DNA from: a virus
IMG/VR virus record: IMGVR_UViG_3300049825_001003
Coordinates: 6,133 to 70,132 of that record
DNA: 64,000 nt
Strand: one strand, 5' to 3'
The translations under genes and the position numbers were made by a program. Shown piece after piece: positions 18,461-27,856 of this stretch (positions are counted from its first letter, which is position 1; every line of letters starts with the position of its first letter). Under the pieces are notes generated by a model. It worked only from the letters and a program-made list of their open reading frames with translations. It searched no databases and was not told where the DNA came from.

Positions 18461-19012
18461 ATGACTGACGTGTTGGAATCTATCTTGTCGGGAAATTTCG
18501 AGGACTCTGGGAAGCCAGTAGGACGCAGCAATTTCTTTGACATTACAAAGTCACCAGTCACCCCACAGCACATTCAGATGCTAGCCCCTTACCTTGCAGC
18601 TATTTCCGACATGGAAACTGCCAATGAGGGGAATGCACCTGGGCTACTTGTCAAGCTTTCCAAGGGCTTGGAATTAGCATCTTCTGCTTGCGCTTCGGCC
18701 ACTTTTCATTACAATAAGGCCAAGTCGAAGCTGAAGAAAATTCAAGGCATCTTCTTTCTCGAGCGATTTTATGAGTATGTTAAAGAACAGGAGGCTTTAG
18801 GAATCAAAATCAAGGAGACTGATTCGTCTCGAGAGCATTACGTTAACACCAGGGATGAAGTAATTACTGCATCTGCTGAGGTTGCCTACTACGAAGCTGT
18901 ACAAGAGCAACTGTCCGGAATGAAAATGACGCTCACCATGGCGATCTCCGGTACAAAAGCAATTGTTTATAGCGCCCGTCATTCTGACAGTCTCTCATCT
19001 TTTTCAAGCTAA
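18461..19012 (+). CDS. Putative recombination mediator (UvsY-like helical protein)
   Basis: All-helical with KETDSSREHYV motif; position after ssb. Confidence 0.5.
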   Translation: MTDVLESILSGNFEDSGKPVGRSNFFDITKSPVTPQHIQMLAPYLAAISDMETANEGNAPGLLVKLSKGLELASSACASATFHYNKAKSKLKKIQGIFFLERFYEYVKEQEALGIKIKETDSSREHYVNTRDEVITASAEVAYYEAVQEQLSGMKMTLTMAISGTKAIVYSARHSDSLSSFSS

Positions 19013-19023
19013 GGAACTTTTCA

Positions 19024-19908
19024 ATGAACTTTAAGAAACTCGCTTTAGGTTTGGTTACTGTTGTCCTCTCTTTGACTTCAGCAGTTGGCTTTGCAGTGCC
19101 TATGAAAGCACAGTATGCAAAATCTAAGCCTACGACATCAGTCGAATATGATGTGAACAACACAGTCACATTGCGTGGCGTCATCAACTCTGCAAGCGTG
19201 TCTAAGGCTGTAGAAGGCATTGCTTTGTCTAAAAGTGATGAAGTCTACTTGTTCATCCAGAGCCCAGGAGGATCGATTATTGATGGAATGACTTTGGTCA
19301 ATTTCATTCGCTCTACAGACAAGAAAGTTATCTGCGTTGCTGACATTGCAATCTCGATGGCATTCGTGATTTTACAATCGTGCGACGAGCGATTGAGTAC
19401 AGCAAACTCCATCACTATGCAGCACCACGCAAGCTTTGGGGCTCAACGTGGTGAGTCTCCTAACGTTGTGAACTTTGTAAACTTCTTGTTAAAGATGGAC
19501 AAAGAGTTAGACATCGCTCAAGCTGCGCGCATTGGCATCACAGTCGAGAAATTCCAGAAGAACATTGACCGTGACTGGTGGTTGTTTGGCTCAGACGTTT
19601 CTAAAGAAAATGTTACTGACCGGACCGTAACTGCTGTTTGTAGCCGAAAACTCCTTGAGTCCACAGTTACCGAGAAGATCTCTGTGATGGGAGGCTTGTT
19701 TGAGGTGACCTTGACTTGGAGTGGATGTCCTGAAATCTTGGACCCTAAGAGTATTGAAATTACTAAGGAATTTACTAATCAGTTCGGGTACCGTGAGCGA
19801 GTGGCTGTAACTGGTGAAACACGTGTGAATATCGAACAAGAGTTATTGGCACGTCGATTCGTAAGCGCGAAGCTTGGCTTCGGTGAGCAACTCACAGTAG
19901 CTCCTTAA
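19024..19908 (+). CDS. clpP: ClpP/crotonase-fold serine protease with N-terminal signal peptide
   Basis: IQSPGGS, AISMAF (catalytic Ser), MQHHAS (His), DRDWWL; Sec-type leader MNFKKLALGL...AVGFA. Confidence 0.85.
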   Translation: MNFKKLALGLVTVVLSLTSAVGFAVPMKAQYAKSKPTTSVEYDVNNTVTLRGVINSASVSKAVEGIALSKSDEVYLFIQSPGGSIIDGMTLVNFIRSTDKKVICVADIAISMAFVILQSCDERLSTANSITMQHHASFGAQRGESPNVVNFVNFLLKMDKELDIAQAARIGITVEKFQKNIDRDWWLFGSDVSKENVTDRTVTAVCSRKLLESTVTEKISVMGGLFEVTLTWSGCPEILDPKSIEITKEFTNQFGYRERVAVTGETRVNIEQELLARRFVSAKLGFGEQLTVAP

Positions 19909-19933
19909 GGGAATCTGGACTAGAATTTGACTT

Positions 19934-19961
19934 AAAGGCCTTCAGGGCCTTTTTTCTTTTT
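19934..19961 (+). terminator. Rho-independent terminator
   Basis: AAAGGCC-TTCAG-GGCCTTT stem followed by T-run. Confidence 0.8.
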
Positions 19962-19973
19962 AAGGAGCTTTTC

Positions 19974-20630
19974 ATGTTTGAAATAACATTGATGCCAAGT
20001 GGAATTGTCTGTGTTAGGTCAGATGCGGACGACCGAGTTTCTAGAGCTTTTAAGAGGGTTCAGGAGTACTACGAAAATCCTGTCATGGCTGGAAGGCTGG
20101 ACATTACTAGAAAGGACATTGATGCCTGGTGGGCTGATATTTCGGAAACTCCATATGAAGAGTACTGGGGAGGCTTTAACATTCCTGGCTCTGTGTGGAA
20201 ATCCTTTCAGGAAAACTACCCAGAGAAGAACATGAGCTTAATAGAAAAAGTACTGTTCTTGGAAGTTAGAATCCGCTGTCTCGAACCTTCCTACGTCATA
20301 GGCGTAAATGGACTGGGACTGAACGATGGGCAGGTTGAGGAACTTCTGAACCACGAACTTTCCCACGCTCTTTTTTCTGTCAATAGTGATTATCGGGAAG
20401 CAGCTCTGGCATTAATCGCTTCAAGCGAGCCTGAAGTTCTGGATGTTTTAGTCCCAGTCCGGTCAGATTTAATCGCAATGGGGTATGGTTCTGAAGTTCT
20501 GGATGATGAGATCGTTGCCTATCTAGCTACAGGTGGTATAGAGATGGTCTCGAACAATGAAGAGTATCGACATATACTAGAACCTTTATCTGCTCAACTA
20601 GCTGAATTATTTCAGAAAACTATTTCTTAG
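19974..20630 (+). CDS. Hypothetical protein with HExxH zinc-peptidase motif
   Basis: NHELSHA plus downstream DDEIVAY; AAGGAG RBS. Confidence 0.65.
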   Translation: MFEITLMPSGIVCVRSDADDRVSRAFKRVQEYYENPVMAGRLDITRKDIDAWWADISETPYEEYWGGFNIPGSVWKSFQENYPEKNMSLIEKVLFLEVRIRCLEPSYVIGVNGLGLNDGQVEELLNHELSHALFSVNSDYREAALALIASSEPEVLDVLVPVRSDLIAMGYGSEVLDDEIVAYLATGGIEMVSNNEEYRHILEPLSAQLAELFQKTIS

Positions 20631-20650
20631 AAAAACCTGCCAAGAACCTC

Positions 20651-20677
20651 TTAAGTTTTCTCAAAACACTCCGATAA
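20651..20677 (+). promoter_or_regulatory. sigma28/FliA-type promoter
   Basis: TTAA-N15-TCCGATAA (TTAAGTTT -35), intergenic. Confidence 0.75.
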
Positions 20678-20721
20678 GTAAAATAGGCTTTTCAGTAATA
20701 GACCTAACAAGGAGATTGATT

Positions 20722-20877
20722 ATGGCTGCGTTAACGTTATTTTTTGTTGCTCTTGTAACTCTAGGGCTCGGGATTGTCTTCGGGATTGTAGTTTGTGTTA
20801 TTGAGGCAGTACTGGAACAGAAAAACGTCGAGCAAGAAAGAACCTGTAATAAGCTAATTAATTCACATCATGACTAG
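20722..20877 (+). CDS. Small membrane protein (51 aa, not in ORF track)
   Basis: AAGGAG RBS; MAALTLFFVALVTLGLGIVFGIVVCVI hydrophobic segment. Confidence 0.6.
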   Translation: MAALTLFFVALVTLGLGIVFGIVVCVIEAVLEQKNVEQERTCNKLINSHHD

Positions 20878-20903
20878 AACAAATATAAAACAAGGAGACA
20901 TGT

Positions 20904-21236
20904 ATCAAAACAATCATAGACAAAAGAAACACTGTCTGTAAGATCTACAACTCAGAAGAGATTTCTCGAATTGCAATTATTGAGTTCAATAGGAACATTG
21001 CTGAAATAACAGGCAAAATCATTATTGAATTTAAAGATGGGACTCTTGCGGTCCCTGAGGCCATAAACTCAGAAGAGACTCGCTTCCTGTATCTAAAAAC
21101 CATCAATGGTAGACAAGTCGTTGGTGAAGAAGAAGATGGATGTTTTATAGAAGAGTACTATTCAGAGCACCGGGATAAATATCCTGACGACTTCGAAAGA
21201 TTGCTTAAAGAGTTCAGGATTCCTGACGATGAGTAG
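20904..21236 (+). CDS. 110-codon open frame with no canonical start (ATC start or 1-nt frameshift after ATG 20900)
   Basis: AAGGAG at 20892-20897; frame IKTIIDKRN...RIPDDE* fills the gap to the next RBS. Confidence 0.45.
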   Translation: MKTIIDKRNTVCKIYNSEEISRIAIIEFNRNIAEITGKIIIEFKDGTLAVPEAINSEETRFLYLKTINGRQVVGEEEDGCFIEEYYSEHRDKYPDDFERLLKEFRIPDDE

Positions 21237-21251
21237 AAAAGGAGGATCTTC

Positions 21252-21512
21252 ATGACTTCATCTCTAGAACTGCCGACCATTTACCACGTTATAGATATTC
21301 GCAAAAAGAGGCACCTCATGACAACTCTGTCTCTTGATTATGCCAGAGACTGCCTGCAACGCCTTGGGAATCCTGCTGATATGGCGATTTATCGCAACGA
21401 TGAGACTGTCAAGTCCATTCTAAAACCTGATGCACACTTTTTCATGTTCTGCCACAGCCTTGCAGAATTTAAGCATAAATTATCAAAAATAGAATATGAG
21501 TTAATAAAATGA
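21252..21512 (+). CDS. Hypothetical protein
   Basis: GGAGG RBS; ATGA overlap with next gene. Confidence 0.65.
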   Translation: MTSSLELPTIYHVIDIRKKRHLMTTLSLDYARDCLQRLGNPADMAIYRNDETVKSILKPDAHFFMFCHSLAEFKHKLSKIEYELIK

Positions 21513-21730
21513 CACAAGATGAAGTTGATAATATAGTCAAAGAAGAGTGCAGTGTACTTAATAACGTCATCTCTCTATCGGCTGTGAAGCACGAGAGGCA
21601 GCGCAAGGCTGCTGTAAAGGATCCTGAAAGCCTTCCTGTCGACAATCTGTCTTTCCGAATTGAGAGAATAAAGAAGTCAGTCGATCGAATAAATGATCTA
21701 ATGGCAGAACTCAGAGGAGCGGGAAAATGA
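21509..21730 (+). CDS. Hypothetical coiled-coil protein
   Basis: Coupled by ATGA overlaps on both sides. Confidence 0.65.
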   Translation: MTQDEVDNIVKEECSVLNNVISLSAVKHERQRKAAVKDPESLPVDNLSFRIERIKKSVDRINDLMAELRGAGK

Positions 21731-22191
21731 TATTCCTAGGTCTTGGTGTGTTTGATGCAGGGTATTATGCCCAAATCCAGGCAAAGTTGCTCACAGCAAC
21801 TCATCAGTCTGTCAGGTATCAGTCCGAAACTTACACCAGAGACCTGGTCGGCCTCCGGTACAATCTCAAGCTCAATCACTTTGTTTCAGTAGCCAGTGAG
21901 TTGAACGTAGGCTATGAGCACCACTACGACTCCAAGCTCTACGCCAGGTCCTACGCTGTCACCATTCCCGAGTTCGGGATTCAGACAAACCAGGACTATA
22001 TAAATGTAAAAATGTTATGGACTCCAGCAAAATACTTTGTTAAGCTCTCGCGCGAACCAAAGTTCACTACTCATTTGTTCCGGGCAGAACCTAGTGTGTC
22101 TATAGGCATATTCATAAACCTAGAACATACTCTTTGGATTCCGAAACCAGTAAATGTGAACTATCTGAACAAAAAGAAAAAACTTCCTTAA
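21727..22191 (+). CDS. Hypothetical beta-rich protein
   Basis: 154-aa ORF, alternating aromatic/hydrophobic strands. Confidence 0.6.
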   Translation: MIFLGLGVFDAGYYAQIQAKLLTATHQSVRYQSETYTRDLVGLRYNLKLNHFVSVASELNVGYEHHYDSKLYARSYAVTIPEFGIQTNQDYINVKMLWTPAKYFVKLSREPKFTTHLFRAEPSVSIGIFINLEHTLWIPKPVNVNYLNKKKKLP

Positions 22192-22214
22192 GGTTTTTAC
22201 GATTATTCCGATAA
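22188..22214 (+). promoter_or_regulatory. sigma28/FliA-type promoter
   Basis: TTAA-N15-TCCGATAA. Confidence 0.7.
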
Positions 22215-22262
22215 GTCTTTTGAGCTTCTAAACTGTCTTCTTTTCAAGAAAGTGAGATTCCT

Positions 22263-23462
22263 ATGAAAAAGTTACTAGTAATTGCATCCTTATTGTCTGT
22301 TGCTTGCGGTCGTCAGGAAATTCCTGCTGCATCTCCTCACGTTGACGAGATTGACGAGGTTGAGAAGTTACGCCAGCAAGTTTTAGATTTGAGCGGTTCA
22401 GTATCTCAAATCAACAGTCTGGTTCTTTCGGACTGGTCTACTTGTACAGCAGCCGGAGCTGACGCTCTTTCTACACTCCAACAGAACATTTGCCGGATTG
22501 CCCAAGCAGCAACAATTGAAGCAAAGACCCAGCTCAAGGGCGAACTTGCTTCATACGTGACTGAGCAAGAAAGAGAAATCACAGCTTTGTCGAACCGTCT
22601 AGACTCTGTTGCCAGTGCTTCGGATGTTGTTCAGCTCAAGACAGACCTCTACGGAAATGCCACTGGAGCTACTTGTGCAGTTCCTTTGGCAGGTTCTGTG
22701 TGTGCGCGTTTGAACTCCATTGAAGGTCGAGTTACTACTCTCGAGTCCACAGTGAATAATCCGAGTACCGGTGTAGGCGCTTTGAACACAGCAGTTGCAA
22801 ACATTAATGCGCAACTGGTGCAAGTGATTAATGGAGCAATGATAGAGATTACCATTGGACGTGAGAACTTATTAGCTAGCCCTTTATATGAAAGCGTTTT
22901 AAGAAATCCAGCGCGCTCTAGAATAACTGCGTACATTGACTCAAATGATGCAAACAAAACAGTATCGAGTGTCGCAACGACAAACGCCAGCAGCACAGTA
23001 GTAGTGACTTCCACAGCTCATGGATACTTAGTAGGCAACACAATCAAGCATAATGGTGTGTTGGCTGTTGGTGGGCTGAGCTCTGCTCAATTGAATGACC
23101 AAGTAATCATTACCGCAGTAACTGCAAACACTTATAGCTACGTAGCAAGCACTGCTGCAACATCTACAGCAACCGGAGGCGGTTCGAATGGATATGTGTT
23201 TCGGGTGAATGGACGTGGGCTGGGGATGGCTTGGCAAACTGTTGATGGAGAAGTGCTTTTACAAACAACTTTCAGCTACAAGCCTTATAAATTCCTAGTC
23301 ACTGGAGCGTCTACAGTATTTGCTGCAGCTCCTGGTGGCGCCTTGCCGAATGGCTGGGCTGGCTTGACGCCTGGCAGTGGATTTGTTTGCTACAGCATTA
23401 CATTGCAAAACACTACAGCTTCAGTTATTAAGGCCGGTGGCTCTGATATTCGCTGCTACTAA
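22263..23462 (+). CDS. Lipoprotein with coiled-coil stalk and beta-rich C-terminal domain
   Basis: Lipobox MKKLLVIASLLSVA-C; heptad region; Thr/Ala-rich TAHGYLVGNTI beta domain. Confidence 0.75.
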   Translation: MKKLLVIASLLSVACGRQEIPAASPHVDEIDEVEKLRQQVLDLSGSVSQINSLVLSDWSTCTAAGADALSTLQQNICRIAQAATIEAKTQLKGELASYVTEQEREITALSNRLDSVASASDVVQLKTDLYGNATGATCAVPLAGSVCARLNSIEGRVTTLESTVNNPSTGVGALNTAVANINAQLVQVINGAMIEITIGRENLLASPLYESVLRNPARSRITAYIDSNDANKTVSSVATTNASSTVVVTSTAHGYLVGNTIKHNGVLAVGGLSSAQLNDQVIITAVTANTYSYVASTAATSTATGGGSNGYVFRVNGRGLGMAWQTVDGEVLLQTTFSYKPYKFLVTGASTVFAAAPGGALPNGWAGLTPGSGFVCYSITLQNTTASVIKAGGSDIRCY

Positions 23463-23479
23463 AAACCAAGGAGATTCTC

Positions 23480-23881
23480 ATGGGCGTCGACATTCATGAC
23501 ATTTTACAAGTAAGAAAAGATGGTGTCTGGAAGACAGTCTGTCAGAATCTCTTCAATGGAAGAAGCTACAAGCTGTTTAGTGTCTTGGCTGGAGTGCGCA
23601 GTATTGACGATGATGAGCAGTTGAAGCCCTGTGCAGGACTTCCTAAGGATTATGACTTTTACATGTCAGGCCAGGACACTCTAGCCTTTGATGGTGAATA
23701 CTGGATGGGGTTCTTTAACTTCACTTATTACACTCTGGCCGAACTTACAGTCTATAAAGAAAGACTTGAGAGGGGAGAAGACGGAGAGGTGTCCTTGGAG
23801 TACATCTTCCTCACTGCCTATGAATATGCACCTGGCTGTAATCCTGAGGACATTCGATACGTGTGTGGATTCGACGCTTAA
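23480..23881 (+). CDS. Conserved phage hypothetical protein
   Basis: MGVDIH...RSYKLFSVLAGVR pattern; AAGGAG RBS. Confidence 0.7.
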   Translation: MGVDIHDILQVRKDGVWKTVCQNLFNGRSYKLFSVLAGVRSIDDDEQLKPCAGLPKDYDFYMSGQDTLAFDGEYWMGFFNFTYYTLAELTVYKERLERGEDGEVSLEYIFLTAYEYAPGCNPEDIRYVCGFDA

Positions 23882-23885
23882 TTGC

Positions 23886-23912
23886 TAAAGTCTTTCTGTG
23901 GTTTGCCGATAA
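23886..23912 (+). promoter_or_regulatory. sigma28/FliA-type promoter
   Basis: TAAA-N15-GCCGATAA, perfect consensus. Confidence 0.85.
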
Positions 23913-23954
23913 GAGAGATGTAGGCGGCAGTTAAGGAAAAAGGACTGATTATAA

Positions 23955-24185
23955 ATGAGAAAATTTCGCATTGTCCAGGTAAGTGCCTCTATGACCTACG
24001 TCGACAAGAAGAGAGAAGGAATATGTGTCCGAACTTTTCTACATCCTGACGGATCTTTTCAGATGGAGAGTAAGGATGCTGCTCTTTTTCATTTAGAAGA
24101 TGCAGCTATCTTGTTAAGAATTGACGAAGATTGGTATTGCCAGGACACGAGACATCCAAACTCCCCTCTTACAAAAGAGAATTAA
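23955..24185 (+). CDS. Hypothetical protein
   Basis: 76-aa ORF with AGGA RBS after a promoter. Confidence 0.6.
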   Translation: MRKFRIVQVSASMTYVDKKREGICVRTFLHPDGSFQMESKDAALFHLEDAAILLRIDEDWYCQDTRHPNSPLTKEN

Positions 24186-24204
24186 TTGGAAGGCAGGAAT
24201 CACT

Positions 24205-24414
24205 GTGACTAAAATTGAACACACGTACCAATCTGCAACACTTGCGCTTCGGGACATTGAAAAAATATTGAAATACATTACAGATAATATGATGTATGTT
24301 CCAAACGATGGACTCGCTCACGACGAACTCACAGCTATCTACAAGAGTCTTATTAGATGGCAAAAAGAATTAGTTAAAATATCCACACAGCGTGCATTTG
24401 AGGTGACAAAATGA
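24205..24414 (+). CDS. Hypothetical protein
   Basis: GTG start after AGGA; ATGA overlap with next gene. Confidence 0.5.
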   Translation: MTKIEHTYQSATLALRDIEKILKYITDNMMYVPNDGLAHDELTAIYKSLIRWQKELVKISTQRAFEVTK

Positions 24415-24794
24415 CTGAGAAATTTAAAGTTGGCGACAGGGTTTACGATATTTTAAAAGGTATTGGCACTATCAAGCGAAATCCTGACTGTGGTGTATAT
24501 ACCTGGGTGGTAATATTTCCTCTCGCGTCTGCCCGGACGTACACTGAGCAGGGGTTTTTAACCGAATATGATGTCAATCCCGCTCTCCTGACACTCACAG
24601 AAGCGAGGGCTAAAGGGTATGACGTGCCGAAGGAGAAGGTTACACATAAAGATGTTGGGTACAGAAAAATATTAGAAGACGGAACTCTCTCCAGGTGCTG
24701 GAGAAGTGCAGAGAATCTAGTAGCTCTCGGGATAGATCCGACGGATAGAACTAATTACGCTGAAGTGGTCACGACATGGGAAGAGGAGATTTAA
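24411..24794 (+). CDS. Hypothetical protein (SH3-like FKVGDRV N-terminus)
   Basis: GAGGTG RBS; FKVGDRVYD motif. Confidence 0.65.
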   Translation: MTEKFKVGDRVYDILKGIGTIKRNPDCGVYTWVVIFPLASARTYTEQGFLTEYDVNPALLTLTEARAKGYDVPKEKVTHKDVGYRKILEDGTLSRCWRSAENLVALGIDPTDRTNYAEVVTTWEEEI

Positions 24795-24795
24795 A

Positions 24796-25677
24796 ATGAA
24801 ACACGTTCTCATGTCCGCTTGCTTACTTTTTATGTCCGCCTGTGGAAAACCTGACACGAAATCAACACCTTCCGATATGGAAGTATTGTCCGAACGTGTC
24901 CGGAATTTAGAATTGTCTTACTGCAAGACCGGTGAAGTTCAATGGGTATGCCAGCGCGAGGCTGACGGTGACGCTGCTCTCTGGAATGGACTCACTTGTC
25001 TAGGCACTGGAGATTCAGTCGCTTGCTCAAACATGAAGTCATTTATAGAAGAAGATGGCAGACCTCGCCGCACTCCAGCCAGGCGTGGTACTTATGAGGA
25101 AGATTCATACTCACGGGATATGTTCCTAGGCTTCCTTGCCGGCACCCTTAAGACCCGCGATGTAAATACTTTCAATAGAGTATTGAATTACCTAGAAGCT
25201 AACAATGAAAAACTTTGCCCAATCAGTGAAGATGGTAGGTGCAATATGACTTATGCCACTAGAACTTTAGCGGTTAAAGTCGGTAAGGAAATAAAATCAC
25301 TGCATCCATTGCTTGCAAAATGGGGTGATGGGGATTTAAACATTCAATTCTTTGCCCAGTCAAAAGTAGTGCGCCCTGGATATGAATCGCATTTGGTTGG
25401 AGTAAGCCTTTGGCTCCTTAAAGAAATGCGTCAAATGGACGCCAGAGGTGAATCCGCAGCAGAAGCCCTGCACAAATCTCAGTCTAGGAACGCCTTCTTT
25501 GCGTGGTTGTCTGGGGATAATGCTTCTGCTGCAAACTTAGCTGCAGGTCAAGTCCCTAATGTGAAGACCGAAGCTCATAACCGGTGGACCTTTAATACTC
25601 GAGACGATGAAGAGCCTTGGACTGGCTCTATCGGGTGGGAATTTAAAGTACTACTTAATTTGCTGGAGAGAAAATGA
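24796..25677 (+). CDS. Lipoprotein, Cys-containing helical domain of unknown function
   Basis: Lipobox LLFMSA-C; GAGGAG RBS. Confidence 0.7.
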   Translation: MKHVLMSACLLFMSACGKPDTKSTPSDMEVLSERVRNLELSYCKTGEVQWVCQREADGDAALWNGLTCLGTGDSVACSNMKSFIEEDGRPRRTPARRGTYEEDSYSRDMFLGFLAGTLKTRDVNTFNRVLNYLEANNEKLCPISEDGRCNMTYATRTLAVKVGKEIKSLHPLLAKWGDGDLNIQFFAQSKVVRPGYESHLVGVSLWLLKEMRQMDARGESAAEALHKSQSRNAFFAWLSGDNASAANLAAGQVPNVKTEAHNRWTFNTRDDEEPWTGSIGWEFKVLLNLLERK

Positions 25678-25916
25678 CCAGACGAGTAAATAAAAGTGAC
25701 AAGGTTGTAGGTGCAGGACTTCTCAGAGATGACATAGATTTGCTCCAGCGCATCCAAATTCGCTTAAAAACCATGGAGAGTCTGTCGGTATTCAACAGCA
25801 CCGGAACTTCTCATTCTCTGGCTGAGGCCAATAAATATCTTGCAAAAGCGCATGCGCTTTTGTTATGGGCTGAAGTATCACTACTGGAGGGCTTAGGCAA
25901 TGAACAATCTCTATAA
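25674..25916 (+). CDS. Hypothetical protein
   Basis: ATGA-coupled 80-aa ORF. Confidence 0.55.
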   Translation: MTRRVNKSDKVVGAGLLRDDIDLLQRIQIRLKTMESLSVFNSTGTSHSLAEANKYLAKAHALLLWAEVSLLEGLGNEQSL

Positions 25917-26481
25917 AACAGGATTTCTCTTCCTGTCTCTTGTTGGGTGCCAGAACATCACGCAGCAGCAATATGACTGGGCCGTGCAGGCCAATGTAAA
26001 GCTTCGGGAGGAAGTTGCAACTCTGAAAAAACAATCGGGAAAATGTGAAGTTCCTGAAAAAGAAACCGTTAAGAACCTCACTATTCCTTCAAAAGTACCT
26101 TCCAAGCAAGGAGAAAAGTCTATTCAGTCGGAAGGTCCTGAGGAAGTTGCTGCTCATCTAGGAACTAACGCCACTTCTGCAGAAGCTAAACTGGACGCTG
26201 CTGTGGAATATTTTAAAGCATCCAAAAAAGACATTGATGAAAAAACAGCAGAGTGTCTGAAATGGATCGTTGCCGAGACTTTCGATCCTCCACTTAATGA
26301 ACGTGCCGCATCAAAATTGTGTAGCGAGTCTGCTGATTTCATGCTAGAAAAGAAAGACCTGAATTACATCGCGTGCGTAAATCGATTTATAGCGTCTCCA
26401 GCTCATTTTTACTGGGGAGACATCGAGACAGACTGCCTTAAAGATTCGAGTAAGATTCCTCCAACGCCTTCTCCTAAATAA
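25900..26481 (+). CDS. Putative lipoprotein
   Basis: Lipobox FLSLVG-C; GGAGG RBS. Confidence 0.65.
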   Translation: MNNLYKTGFLFLSLVGCQNITQQQYDWAVQANVKLREEVATLKKQSGKCEVPEKETVKNLTIPSKVPSKQGEKSIQSEGPEEVAAHLGTNATSAEAKLDAAVEYFKASKKDIDEKTAECLKWIVAETFDPPLNERAASKLCSESADFMLEKKDLNYIACVNRFIASPAHFYWGDIETDCLKDSSKIPPTPSPK

Positions 26482-26492
26482 AGGGTTTTATT

Positions 26493-26951
26493 ATGAAATT
26501 GCCAGTACGTCCCGCACATCCGCTTTCCTATTGCGAGCTGCCGGAGGGCTGGGAAGGCACCGCTCTTGACCTCCTAAATCTTAAAGACGAGCCTCTTGAT
26601 TATATTCTTGAAGATGTTCTTTATCCGGGGTTTTTAGAAGATGAGGTATGTCATCAGTTTACTCTTAAGTGTAAAGAGCGTCTCATGTCGAGGCTTGCTA
26701 TCTTGGAATACAGCACTCAACCGTTCATGGATGAGGGGGAACAGGAATGCTCCTATGAAGAGTTTCTGGCCGGGTATACACGAGACATAGACGCTGCCAT
26801 CCTTGAAAGGAACGCCCAGAAGGCTTTCTGGTTGGCCGCAGGTACCTTTATGGACCCTGACGAGGAGTCATATTATGATTTTGACACATTAGAAGCGCTT
26901 GTTAAGGATCTGAAAGAGTTAATTTCTAAACATTATGAGGTTTCATTATGA
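26493..26951 (+). CDS. Hypothetical acidic protein
   Basis: 152-aa ORF in operon. Confidence 0.65.
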   Translation: MKLPVRPAHPLSYCELPEGWEGTALDLLNLKDEPLDYILEDVLYPGFLEDEVCHQFTLKCKERLMSRLAILEYSTQPFMDEGEQECSYEEFLAGYTRDIDAAILERNAQKAFWLAAGTFMDPDEESYYDFDTLEALVKDLKELISKHYEVSL

Positions 26952-27175
26952 AAAGTTTTCAAATCATCTGCATCTATTTGGCTACAATTCCCTGCATAGC
27001 TTTTGCTAAAGACAAGGAAACTCCGAACACCAAGCCTCCTACGACTTGTGCTGTGATTGCCAAGCCTAAAGGCAAGCAGAAATCGCCTGACCAGGACACT
27101 ACAGCCACAAAGCCAGGCGTCTGCTCAGAGAAGCCTCAAAAGCCAAAAGGCAAAGTGAAAGCTAACAATAACTGA
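26948..27175 (+). CDS. Small secreted basic protein
   Basis: Signal peptide ending AFA; Lys/Pro-rich mature part. Confidence 0.6.
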   Translation: MKSFQIICIYLATIPCIAFAKDKETPNTKPPTTCAVIAKPKGKQKSPDQDTTATKPGVCSEKPQKPKGKVKANNN

Positions 27176-27186
27176 GGATTCTAAAA

Positions 27187-27786
27187 ATGCAAACCTTCTT
27201 CTCTTCAGATCATCATTTTGGGCACGCAAACATTATCAAGTACTGCAATCGCCCTTTCAAAGACGTTGAAGAAATGAATGAGGAGATGGTTGCCAGGTGG
27301 AATTCAAGAGTAGGAGTAGACGACTGTGTAATGTACTTAGGAGATTTCTCCCTGTCTGAAGCTGCAGTCATCCAATACTCACATCGCCTAAATGGCAAGA
27401 AAGTACTGATTCCTGGAAATCATGACCAATGTTTTCCCCACAAGCGCTCACCTGCAAAAATAGAAAGAGCGACAGCTCTTTATGAGAAGAACGGCTGGAC
27501 TGTTTATCCTCTGGACTGTCACATGACAAACACTCAAGGAACTTTCCGGCTCTGCCATTTCCCTTACCTCACTCAGAAAGAGAATGAGGAATACGATGTC
27601 CGGTATAAGCAGTATCGGCCTGAAAGAACAGATGAGAGAGAGCTTCTTTTTCATGGTCACGTTCATGGAACTTGGAAAACACTGACAGGAATGGTCAATG
27701 TAGGAGTGGATGTCTGGGACTTCTACCCTGTGACTATTCAAGAGATTCTGGATTTTAAATTCTCTGAGCACTCCAAATACTACTAA
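27187..27786 (+). CDS. Calcineurin-like phosphoesterase
   Basis: SDHHFGH, LGDFS, GNHD, CHFP, HGHVH, NVGVD motifs. Confidence 0.9.
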   Translation: MQTFFSSDHHFGHANIIKYCNRPFKDVEEMNEEMVARWNSRVGVDDCVMYLGDFSLSEAAVIQYSHRLNGKKVLIPGNHDQCFPHKRSPAKIERATALYEKNGWTVYPLDCHMTNTQGTFRLCHFPYLTQKENEEYDVRYKQYRPERTDERELLFHGHVHGTWKTLTGMVNVGVDVWDFYPVTIQEILDFKFSEHSKYY

Positions 27787-27810
27787 AGAGTTTCTTCTAA
27801 ACACCGATAA
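27784..27810 (+). promoter_or_regulatory. sigma28/FliA-type promoter
   Basis: TAAA-N15-ACCGATAA. Confidence 0.8.
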
Positions 27811-27856
27811 GCAAAATAGAAGAACATTTCTCTTCTAACAGCAAAAAGGAACAGTC

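Noticed and set aside
20630-21250. Apparent non-coding gap that could hold tRNA or ncRNA
   Set aside because: Explained by a promoter and two small reading frames; no cloverleaf or T-loop motif found by eye.
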